From Nitrososphaeraceae archaeon (lineage in GTDB: Archaea > Thermoproteota > Nitrososphaeria > Nitrososphaerales > Nitrososphaeraceae): DNA of 39,250 nucleotides. The position numbers and the translations under genes were made by a program. The stretch spans positions 1-39,250 of the forward strand of contig DATFEP010000086.1 in NCBI GenBank assembly GCA_035250975.1, written 5' to 3'. The notes under the pieces were generated by a model that saw only the letters and a list, made by a program, of their open reading frames with translations, ran no database searches and had not been told where the DNA came from. Positions 10,383 through 19,544 of the stretch are shown here, piece after piece (position 1 is the stretch's first letter; each line of letters starts with the position of its first letter).

Positions 10383-10528
10383 TCTAGATATAATAATAAC
10401 ATTGAGAATTACTTAACTTTTTTGTTATCCTTCCAGTTATTTTATAAAGTCATTTCAAGTATCAAAAGTGATTTTAGATAAAAAATATTTAATCAAAAAA
10501 TGACTGTTCTAATACTTTGTCTATTTAA

Positions 10529-11869
10529 TCAATTATTTATTGCGTTTTTATTTTTATCTTCGTCAAATTTGTCTTCATATTTTCTTTGTTGTGGCAACAT
10601 TATATAGACACATGCTCCTCCACACATTGTACAGGGCACATTATTACCTTCATGTTGACCTTGTCTTTTGTGAATTCTTTCTGCTTCTTCTGGGTTTATC
10701 GCAAGTTCAATCTGCTTCTGCCAATTAAGTGTCCTTCTTGCTTTTGTTATTTCTTTGTCCCATTTTATGGCCTTGTCCCTTATTTTTACCAGGTCACCAG
10801 CATGAGCAGCAATTCTGTAAGCTACTAATCCCTCTTTGACATCCTCAACTGTGGGCAATGCAAGGTGCTCTGCAGGAGTTAAATAGCATAATAGGTCTAC
10901 ACCCTCTGATGCTGAAATTGCAGCCCCTATCGCACTAGCTATGTGATCGTACCCAGCAGCTATGTCAGTAACCAGAGGTCCCAATACATAATAAGGTACA
11001 TCACCCATGAGAGATTTTGCTAGTCTAACATTGGCTGCCACCTCATCTAACGGAACATGACCAGGTCCTTCAATCATTACCTGAACTTCATATTCATGTG
11101 CGCGTTTTGCGAGACGAGCTACATTTATCATTTCTGCAACCTGAAGCTCATCATGAGAATCCAAAATAGACCCTGGTCTTAATGCGTCACCAAGACTGAA
11201 AGTAACATCATATTTTTTTGCAATTTCACACATATAATCAAAATGTTGGAAATAGGGATTTTCTCTTTCGTATTTTAGCATCCATGCGGCTGTAATTGTC
11301 CCCCCTTTAGAAACAATACCTGCGTGTCTTTTTACTTCTAAAATCCTATTAGCAATCTCTCTAGTTATTCCTGAATGAATAGTGGTATAGTCTACTCCAT
11401 CTTTTACATGTTTTTCGAAAGCATTGAGAAAATCATCTTCAGTTATATTCAGTGGGTTTTTGTATTTTTCTACTCCATATGCATACGCTTGGTAAATTGG
11501 AACGGTTCCAAAAGTTATAGGTGCAGCTTCTAAGAGTTTTTCTCTTATTAAATTCAAGTCTCCTCCATCAGATAAATCCATTATGGTATCTCCGCCATAT
11601 TTTACCGCAACTTTTGCTTTTGCAATCTCTTCGTCTATATTTTGATAGAGAGTAGACGTTCCAATGTTTACATTTACTTTCGTTCGAAGGCCTTTACCTA
11701 TGCCTACCACCTTTATATCTTGCCTCCTCACATTGTTTCTCGGAATAATTATAGAACCACTGGCAACTTTTTGAATAAGAAAATTTAAATCTATATCCTC
11801 GTCCTTTGCAACTTGGATCATCTCTTTAGTTGCAATTCCCCTTCTTGCACTGCTCATCTGAGTACTCAT
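10529..11869 (-). CDS. thiC: Phosphomethylpyrimidine synthase ThiC
   Basis: TKVNVNIGTS, DTIMDLS, GTVPIYQ, SLGDALRPG, EGPGHVP, C-terminal CTMCGGAC Fe-S motif. Confidence 0.97.
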   Translation of the reverse strand: MSTQMSSARRGIATKEMIQVAKDEDIDLNFLIQKVASGSIIIPRNNVRRQDIKVVGIGKGLRTKVNVNIGTSTLYQNIDEEIAKAKVAVKYGGDTIMDLSDGGDLNLIREKLLEAAPITFGTVPIYQAYAYGVEKYKNPLNITEDDFLNAFEKHVKDGVDYTTIHSGITREIANRILEVKRHAGIVSKGGTITAAWMLKYERENPYFQHFDYMCEIAKKYDVTFSLGDALRPGSILDSHDELQVAEMINVARLAKRAHEYEVQVMIEGPGHVPLDEVAANVRLAKSLMGDVPYYVLGPLVTDIAAGYDHIASAIGAAISASEGVDLLCYLTPAEHLALPTVEDVKEGLVAYRIAAHAGDLVKIRDKAIKWDKEITKARRTLNWQKQIELAINPEEAERIHKRQGQHEGNNVPCTMCGGACVYIMLPQQRKYEDKFDEDKNKNAINN

Positions 11870-11898
11870 TTTCTTTCAAATAAATATACTCAATATAG

Positions 11899-11906
11899 AT
11901 ATAAAA
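11899..11906 (-). promoter_or_regulatory. Putative TATA box of thiC
   Basis: TTTTATAT on the minus strand 30-37 nt upstream of the ATG. Confidence 0.45.
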
Positions 11907-12710
11907 GAATGTCTAATATTCGCTTAAGTCAGTTGAGGAGAGGTAAATCAGTAAACAAATGTCATATGCCAACAATACTATCTAATCAATGGTGATACCG
12001 CTAACATGTGTTTGATTGCTCTGGGATTGTCTTTTTTAGTTTTAAAGTTATATTATACAACTATCTGGTATAGCAAGCCTGACAATAGTACCGAAGGACA
12101 ATTCCTGTCATATTCTCTTATAGGTAATGGATCTATGTAAAGAAGAGATTTGATCTGTTCTCTCAGTGCATTAATTTATTTATTTATTTCTCAATGAATA
12201 GATAGACTTTCCATTAGATTCTAAAACTCAACTAATTTGATCGCATCAACAGGAATATTTGTGTACCTTTGTACTGTACACATTAGCAGAAATTCCATAT
12301 CCGTGTTTAATACATTTCTAAATATTGTATAATGAGCAGGAACATTTTATAGATTTTTTGTAAAAATCACAAGTTTGTGTTAAATCTTTAAAAAAACTAC
12401 AGCTGGCCATATTAATTCGTTAAGATATTTTCAAAAATATGTATGTCAAGATGATTATGTTATAGAATTCGATTTTATTGGTCAATTTATCATACGATCT
12501 AGGGGAATTTTAAAATAAATAAAAAAAATTCAGTCTTTTTTTGGTACTCTTTAAAATGATCTAAAAATAGAAGCATCGACATCATAATAAATAAGTTTCA
12601 ATTTTTTTTATGAAAATTGCTCCTATAAACTGATTCTATTTATAATTTTTAGACATATACTTATGAAAAAAATAAAAATTAGCATTGGGTAACTAACATT
12701 ATCAGAAAAT

Positions 12711-13661
12711 ATGTCATTTTCTAACAATTCCTCTTGGAAGGATCCCTATGAACATCCACCTTATTCTCATGATTATGACCCAGTGTTATTGGAAAAATTG
12801 CTATTTAGACTTGCAAAAAAGTGGATAGCAGGATATTCAATAGAGCAAGTATTATCATATGCAAAAAAAGCTAATGATCGTGGTATTTATTGTATTTTAA
12901 ATTATCTTGGAGAGGATCTCAGTGAAGCTGAAAGTGTAAGAAAAACCATTGAAGAATATATTTTATTATTGCATGAAATAAAGATACAGAAATTAATGGC
13001 ATCCATATCTGTTAAGCCAACTCAGATTGGTCTCTCATTAGGTTATGATTTTTGTTTAAAGAATTTTCAACAGATATTGGATATTGCCAGCGGGACAAAA
13101 ACATTTGTGTGGTTAGACATGGAGTCTTACAAATTTGTTGGCTCAACCATTGAACTCTACAGAGAAATAATAGAACAAAATAATAGAGTAGGTATAGTTT
13201 TACAATCCTACCTTAGGAGGAGTTATTCAGATTTACTTGGTCTACTTAATTATAACTCTCATATAAGGATCGTAAAAGGTGCATATAATGAATCAGAAGA
13301 CATTGCCTATCAATCTAGACTTGAAGTAGATGAAAATTATTTGAATTTAGTAAGAATACTATTCTCAAAAGATAGTGAAATAAAATTCGAAAATCGTATT
13401 ATTGCAATAGCAACACACGATTCAAATCTCATAGAAAGGAGCATTGGTCTATTTTATGACTCTGCAATAAAAAAGGAAAATTTACAATTCCAATTCTTGA
13501 AGGGTATCCGAGATAATCTAAAAATGGATTTATTGGGGAGAGGTTTCCGAATTTATGAATATATACCATATGGCAAAAACTGGTTACCATATTCCATACG
13601 TAGACTGAAAGAGAGAAAAAGAAATATTTTCCTTTTGATGCGTTCATTATTGTCTCGATGA
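12711..13661 (+). CDS. Monofunctional proline dehydrogenase
   Basis: WIAG, NYLGE, SVKPTQIG, WLDME, QSYLRRS, RIVKGAY, IATHD, YIPYGKNWLPYSIRRLKE. True start may be the TTG near 12789. Confidence 0.92.
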   Translation: MSFSNNSSWKDPYEHPPYSHDYDPVLLEKLLFRLAKKWIAGYSIEQVLSYAKKANDRGIYCILNYLGEDLSEAESVRKTIEEYILLLHEIKIQKLMASISVKPTQIGLSLGYDFCLKNFQQILDIASGTKTFVWLDMESYKFVGSTIELYREIIEQNNRVGIVLQSYLRRSYSDLLGLLNYNSHIRIVKGAYNESEDIAYQSRLEVDENYLNLVRILFSKDSEIKFENRIIAIATHDSNLIERSIGLFYDSAIKKENLQFQFLKGIRDNLKMDLLGRGFRIYEYIPYGKNWLPYSIRRLKERKRNIFLLMRSLLSR

Positions 13662-14142
13662 AATGCAATTGTTTATTTTTAATTTCGTTCTAATACTCCA
13701 CCTCCACCTCAGACGAAAAACAAGCTATCTGGATTAAGTTTATCGAATAGATTTGAAAATCGTAGTTATAAATAGATAAGGCAATAATTCATCAGATTGT
13801 ATCTCCACATCTTTATTGTGCCTGGTAGCTTCAAAATTTCAATCTTCTTTTATTCAAAGGTAACTGATTCTTAGGTTTAGTTGGATCTTCTTTTACTTTT
13901 AAAATTAGATCTTTTAAAGTTGAAGATTGTTGATTAATTTGGTAATTAATCAATTTCATATACCCATTTTTGCTAATACAAAAAGATAAGATTTTAAATG
14001 GAACTAGAAAGAAGGTATTAAAACAATTCAGTTATTTCGGATACTCTAATCATATTAAGAACTAGATTATTCTTTTTGATTGCATATGTAAATCGATCTC
14101 TAACTAAAAAAGATTCAAAAAAATGAAATTTATGCTAACATT

Positions 14143-14553
14143 TTACTTGTATTTCACTGCGTTAAATTCTCCGTTATTAGCAGAAACAATTACCTTATCG
14201 AATTTCAATTCTTCACTATCAGGGGTAACAAATATTGAACTAAATGGTGCTAAATTTCCAAAAGAATGTTTTTTTGCATTATCTCCAAATTGGACAATGA
14301 CGTTCTTGAGTTCCTGTGGATAATTATTATTGATTTTTATACTAATGGTTTTTACTGTATTCATTGCTTCTCCTCTCTCCAGTATTTCAATCGATAATCC
14401 TGCCCTTGGAATAAAAACGACCAGGACAACGACTGCAACTATTATGAAACCACCTGCTATAACATATTTGGCAATCTTTTTATAATCTCTAGTAGATTTT
14501 TTTTCTTTGCCGTAGTCATCCCATCTATTAGTATCAGTATCCCATCTTCCCAA
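14143..14553 (-). CDS. Single-TM hypothetical protein with small beta-rich extracellular domain
   Basis: Charged N-terminus, TM helix YVIAGGFIIVAVVVLVVFIP, beta-rich C-terminus; TTG start preceded by GGAGGT. Confidence 0.75.
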   Translation of the reverse strand: MGRWDTDTNRWDDYGKEKKSTRDYKKIAKYVIAGGFIIVAVVVLVVFIPRAGLSIEILERGEAMNTVKTISIKINNNYPQELKNVIVQFGDNAKKHSFGNLAPFSSIFVTPDSEELKFDKVIVSANNGEFNAVKYK

Positions 14554-14715
14554 ATGTACTTTTTATTACCTCCTTGTAATAAAAGTCAATCATTTTATCC
14601 TATAATTTCATAATACAGTATGTGATTTCCATAATCTACTCTTGCATATAATGTAATTGTAAATTTCATTAAATTTCACAAATCTTTATTTAACTAGATT
14701 TCAAAAATAATATCG

Positions 14716-15231
14716 ATGTATCATAGTGCAGAATCCGAAAAAACATTAGTACACCAAATAATGCGTGACAATATAATTAAAGTAAACTCATCAACTATTG
14801 CATCAGATATATCTAAACTAATGATAAAAAAAAGGATAAGTTCAGTTGCTGTGACAGGTGAATCTGATAAAATAATTGGCATCATTACCGAGAGGGATCT
14901 AGTCGGCTCTATCTGTGCCAAGGATATTTTAGCAAGCTCACTTACAGCCGAAAAGGTAATGTCCTCACCTCTTTTGACGATAGATAAAGGTTCTACAATA
15001 AAAGAGGCAGTTAAATTCATGGTGGATAAGAGGATCAGACACCTGGCAGTAAGTGATGGTAATGATATTTTGGGAATAGTTACTACTACTGATGTGATTA
15101 ACGATCTTAAAAGCAAAATCAAACAAAACATAAAATTCGATTCCAATATTCTTGATATGATAACAATGACCGATATTCCCCTCGAAGAGGGGGGTTTCTC
15201 TCTTCCTTTGGACGAAGATGAATTTAAATAA
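14716..15231 (+). CDS. CBS-domain pair protein
   Basis: IIGIITERDL and ILGIVTTTDV CBS motifs. Confidence 0.9.
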   Translation: MYHSAESEKTLVHQIMRDNIIKVNSSTIASDISKLMIKKRISSVAVTGESDKIIGIITERDLVGSICAKDILASSLTAEKVMSSPLLTIDKGSTIKEAVKFMVDKRIRHLAVSDGNDILGIVTTTDVINDLKSKIKQNIKFDSNILDMITMTDIPLEEGGFSLPLDEDEFK

Positions 15232-15358
15232 TAACGAAAATACTAATTTATATTCAATATTAAAAGTCCCTATTTCTATTCTTGATTATTCATTTAAATT
15301 ATTTTCAAATTTTTAATTTCCACTATAAAATAAATGACGAAAATAACAAAAATATGGT

Positions 15359-15778
15359 ATGAACGTTGATAATTACTCTGATAGGGAGTTAAGAAAGTTC
15401 TATGTCCTAAAGAATATTGCAGTAGTAGGAATGTCAGCACATAGGGAAAAACCTTCACATTTTGTTCCTGAGTATCTCCTGCAAAAAGGATACAACATAA
15501 TCCCGGTAAATCCAACCACAGATGAGATTCTTCAAAGGAAATGTTATGATCGAGTTTCCGAAATAAAGCAAGAGGTTGACATAGTCAATGTATTTAGAAA
15601 ATCAGAAGATGTTCTGGACGTTATAAAAGATCTCTTAAAAAAAGAGGGAATTAAGCTCATATGGCTACAAAAAGGCATCTTCAATGAAGAAGCAATGGAA
15701 TTAGCGAAAAAGAATAGAATTGATTTCGTTTATAATAGATGCATGATGGAAGAGCATGAGCGTCTGTTTAGTAGCTAA
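15359..15778 (+). CDS. CoA-binding protein (YccU-like)
   Basis: IAVVGMS, IIPVNP, DIVNVFR, IWLQKGI, NRCMM. Confidence 0.9.
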   Translation: MNVDNYSDRELRKFYVLKNIAVVGMSAHREKPSHFVPEYLLQKGYNIIPVNPTTDEILQRKCYDRVSEIKQEVDIVNVFRKSEDVLDVIKDLLKKEGIKLIWLQKGIFNEEAMELAKKNRIDFVYNRCMMEEHERLFSS

Positions 15779-15885
15779 TACAAAAATCGATAAATACATT
15801 CTTTATAAGATTGAGAGTAATAAATCACAGGTTAAACTGCATTCCAAAAAAATATTAACTTTGAACAGATTCTGGTCATGATTAT

Positions 15886-16095
15886 ATGAAAAAACTATAT
15901 TTCTTGATGATAACTTCGTTATTGATAATTTCTCTTGGAATTTTATTTTTCCTCCAAAGTAGATCCTATATTGGACCACCAGAGTCTTTTATGTATAGTA
16001 ATACCGAATGGAGCATAAATGGTCTAATATTGATTATCATTGGTATCTCTATTTTGATAGTTGGCATTATAGTTTTTCTTAAAAAGAGATCTTAA
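15886..16095 (+). CDS. Small two-TM membrane protein
   Basis: Two hydrophobic helices flanking GPPESFMYSNTEW; basic C-terminal tail. Confidence 0.75.
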   Translation: MKKLYFLMITSLLIISLGILFFLQSRSYIGPPESFMYSNTEWSINGLILIIIGISILIVGIIVFLKKRS

Positions 16096-16199
16096 AAAGA
16101 AACACATGAAAATATCAATATTTGATAAGAATATGTTAAGTTTATACTCTATCCATTTTTACAATTCTCATTAAATAAAATTTTTTTATTGGAAGATAA

Positions 16200-16757
16200 A
16201 TGAAATCTATTAGATTTGGTTCTTTTTTGCATAGTAGCAATATTCTTTATTCGGGCTTTACTGTCTCTACCGCAGTATTTTTTTTGATAGGAGTATGTTT
16301 CTCACCCGTATATAGTCAAGAGAATGAGTCAGAATTAACTGGTCCGATGTTCAATCAAGACACTATATCGCAGAGCCCACCTCCTTCTACTCTAGACGAT
16401 AAATTCCCGAAAATGTTTGTTAAGGTAACATCTCATAAAAATGCGGATAAAGTCGATTCTGGTGCAGTTACAATACTTGGATTATCAAGTGACAGTGGTT
16501 CAAGAGATTGTATAGTTGAAATGGACTGGAATAACCAAAAACCATCTTGGATTGTCACTCCTACTGGACCCGGAGGTTCTAGTGATTTTTCCACTTGGAA
16601 CTTTACCTATGACAGGAATACTCACGAAATTGAACCTGGTACAAATGAATTAACTTCAAAATTAACCTGTATTAACCCCGGTCCTTTAACTAAATGGTAT
16701 AGTGTAACATTAGTCGGGTTACCATATCCAATACCTAGACCATTTCCGTTGCCCTGA
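16200..16757 (+). CDS. Secreted hypothetical protein with Ig-like beta domain
   Basis: Signal-like N-terminus; VKVTS..., GPGGSSDFSTWNFTY, GTNELTSKLTC with a Cys pair. Confidence 0.7.
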   Translation: MKSIRFGSFLHSSNILYSGFTVSTAVFFLIGVCFSPVYSQENESELTGPMFNQDTISQSPPPSTLDDKFPKMFVKVTSHKNADKVDSGAVTILGLSSDSGSRDCIVEMDWNNQKPSWIVTPTGPGGSSDFSTWNFTYDRNTHEIEPGTNELTSKLTCINPGPLTKWYSVTLVGLPYPIPRPFPLP

Positions 16758-16923
16758 ATTTAATGAATGATTAAAAAACTATTTCTATTATTTTTTTTGT
16801 ATAAAAACCAAAAATATATACACAATCATGATATAATGTACTAATTATTTTCGAATTATCAAAAACAATTTTTTTATATGAAAAAGATAAATTTATTATT
16901 TCTATGATAAATTTAAACATGAC

Positions 16924-17836
16924 ATGCTAAAATCAAAATCTAAAATTTTCTTTACATTTTTACACTCGCATTTTTCTCCACCGTTGGCAATACAATATTC
17001 AATCCTTTCGGCCATTCCTTTAGTTCTGATGAAACTTCACTTTTTCTATCCTTTGTGGATGAAATTAAAGTCCAAGACAAGTTAATGAAAAAATTTCCAT
17101 CGGAAAGCGATTACGATAAAGCTCAAAAACATCTTAGTAGAATTTCTCAATTATATTCCGATGAAATTAGAGATGAATTGTCTGAAAGAAATGAACGAAT
17201 TGGTAACGAAATGACGGATACAATATCTGTTATAGGCGATCAAATAATTCAGAAAACAGCAAAGACGAAATCACGAACTCGATTGATAATCTGGATGCGA
17301 TTTTGGAGGAATCTGTCAATGTTAGGCTTGAAGCTGCTGCTCTTACCAATTCCACTGTACATGCATTACACTTTGCTCAATTGGTAAATTCTCTAGATAG
17401 TAACTACAAATATTCTTTCATAATTCCTAATTTTTTATATTTAAATGAAACATCTAAAGCCATGCATGATTCTGCAAATTCACGACATAAAAAAGGGCAT
17501 AAAATTAACGAACCCACTGTTTCTAATAATAAAACTATTTCTGACTTTATATCATATGAAACAACGAATGGATTGATTTCTGTTATAAAGGACATTTACA
17601 ATTCTACAGTAAAACAAGATGCTAGTGAAACAAATTCATTAGAATTAGATAAGATGCATGACGCCCTTAATCTACTTGGATTGATGGTTGACTCAAAGCT
17701 TCCATATACTGAAATAGCAAAACTCATTCATGGAATAATTCATCCAAATCTCATAGACGTCTATAAATTAGATCATATCAACATAAACGAATTAAAAACA
17801 ATAGGAGGGTCGAACAACACAGTTTCTAAAGGATAA
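16924..17836 (+). pseudogene. Secreted helical protein split by two single-base frameshifts
   Basis: ATG 16924 frame, then the 17055 frame (GHSFSSDETSLFLSFVDEIKVQ), then the 17303 frame (IDNLDAILEESVNVRLE). Adding one T near 16946-16949 and one A near 17253-17256 gives one 304-aa ORF with a signal peptide. Confidence 0.75.
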
Positions 17837-17918
17837 TCCAATCAGTACTTTATTGGTCCATGTTTTAAAAATCTAGAAAGGTTATTAATTCGTAATATCT
17901 TCTATTTGTAACTTCAAT

Positions 17919-19442
17919 TTGATCCTATCTTCTATAAAAAAGAATAAAGTCCTCTATTCCAGAAGAACAGAAGTCTTTATTTTGATTACCTTGATTTCGG
18001 CTTCTTTTGTATTACGATTCTACGGAGTGGGTGATTCGGGATTTAATAACGACGAAACAATTTATGTAGGACAGGCTGGTTCACTGGCCAACTTTGATGA
18101 ATTTCGAGAGCATTTTTCTATTTTTCGAGCACACCCTTTACTCATGCAGTTTTTCGTGGGATTATCATTACTGACATTTGGATTAAGTGAAACTTCAGCT
18201 AGGTTAGTTGCGTCAATAATGGGAACCGGTGTTGTATTATTTTCTTATTTTATAGCTAAATTAGTATATTCAAAGCCAATTGCTATAGTTTCCTCATTAA
18301 TATTGACCTTTTTACCATACCATATTATAATTTCAAGACAAGTTCTAGTCGATGTTTCGTTATCTTTTTTTTTGATGCTCAATATACTGATGGTGGTACT
18401 ATATTTACGAAATAATAACAATTTATTTTTATATTGTATAGGTGCTTGTTCTGGATTATCTTTTATTTCGAAAGAAGTCGGAATAATTGTAATAATAGCA
18501 ACTCTCTTTGTTTTGGCGCTGGACAAAAAAATTAATGGAAAAAATATTTTCATTATTTTATCTACGTTTTTACTCGTTTCTTCTCCATATTGGATATCTT
18601 ATTTGTTTATTGAAGATGCCCAAACATCGATCAATCAATATATAGCTTGGCAATCTTCACGGCCTCCAAATCATGACAATTTTTACTATCTTGATATATT
18701 AGCAAAGGAAAGCCTTGGATATCCACTTCTTTTCCTAGTTTTTCTTTTTTATATATATTTTATTGTTAATAGAAAGTTATGGAATACCCAAATTGTATCT
18801 ATACCTTTAGTTTGGATTCCAATACTGGTTCTTTTTTATCAATCAATATCTATAAAGAATTATACTTTTTTATATTCTGTTATTCCTTTATTTGTAATTA
18901 TTGGAACATCTTTTGTCTTTGGATCTTGGCTACACAGTTTTAGGATTAAAATATTGGTTATTATTATTCTGGTGCCGTTAATTTTGATTTCTAATGCTTA
19001 TTTTCTGTATAATTTTGTATTTCTGATCCCTCATAATCCAATTTTGGGCTCTGAATCTATTCCCTATATGAAAGATGTATCTCTATGGATGAAAGAAAAC
19101 ACTCCTGAAAATTCTACAGCATTGACACTTTATACCCATATGTCAAATAATATAAAATATTATTCTCACAGGGATTCTTTTTCCCTTCAGTCTAACAACA
19201 ATCCAGCTTATGATAAAATTGATAATGCCGATTTTCTAATTATCTCTAAAAAAATAGACTATCTTGTCTATGAAAAAATACAGTTAGAAAACGCACAGTT
19301 TTTGAAAAATGAAGCTCAAAAAATGGATAAATATATAAAAAAATACAATGCAATTCCAGTTTATATCTCATATGAGTACTATACTGATGAGGACCGAAAA
19401 ACTTTATCAAAGCCTGCGATAATAGTATATTCTATAAATTAA
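17919..19442 (+). CDS. GT-C fold membrane glycosyltransferase (ArnT/PMT family)
   Basis: NDETIY acidic motif after TM1, HPLL, ARLVAS, SKE; many TM helices; soluble C-terminal domain. Confidence 0.88.
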   Translation: MILSSIKKNKVLYSRRTEVFILITLISASFVLRFYGVGDSGFNNDETIYVGQAGSLANFDEFREHFSIFRAHPLLMQFFVGLSLLTFGLSETSARLVASIMGTGVVLFSYFIAKLVYSKPIAIVSSLILTFLPYHIIISRQVLVDVSLSFFLMLNILMVVLYLRNNNNLFLYCIGACSGLSFISKEVGIIVIIATLFVLALDKKINGKNIFIILSTFLLVSSPYWISYLFIEDAQTSINQYIAWQSSRPPNHDNFYYLDILAKESLGYPLLFLVFLFYIYFIVNRKLWNTQIVSIPLVWIPILVLFYQSISIKNYTFLYSVIPLFVIIGTSFVFGSWLHSFRIKILVIIILVPLILISNAYFLYNFVFLIPHNPILGSESIPYMKDVSLWMKENTPENSTALTLYTHMSNNIKYYSHRDSFSLQSNNNPAYDKIDNADFLIISKKIDYLVYEKIQLENAQFLKNEAQKMDKYIKKYNAIPVYISYEYYTDEDRKTLSKPAIIVYSIN

Positions 19443-19544
19443 ATATAATCATGACTAAAAAGTTATTTTTGTGCATCAAATTCTTCATGTTATCTAAGGT
19501 GAACTGAGACGATTTATTTACACATCATTGCCCTGTCATCTATA

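Noticed and set aside
12006-12140. 44-aa ORF MCLIALGLSFLVLK...
   Set aside because: Only generic hydrophobicity, expected by chance in AT-rich DNA.
11900-12180. TPP riboswitch upstream of thiC (CTGAGA on the minus strand near 12161-12166)
   Set aside because: No GGG/ACCC helix or CCUGAU...AAU...GCG core, and a TATA box about 30 nt from the ATG implies a very short leader.
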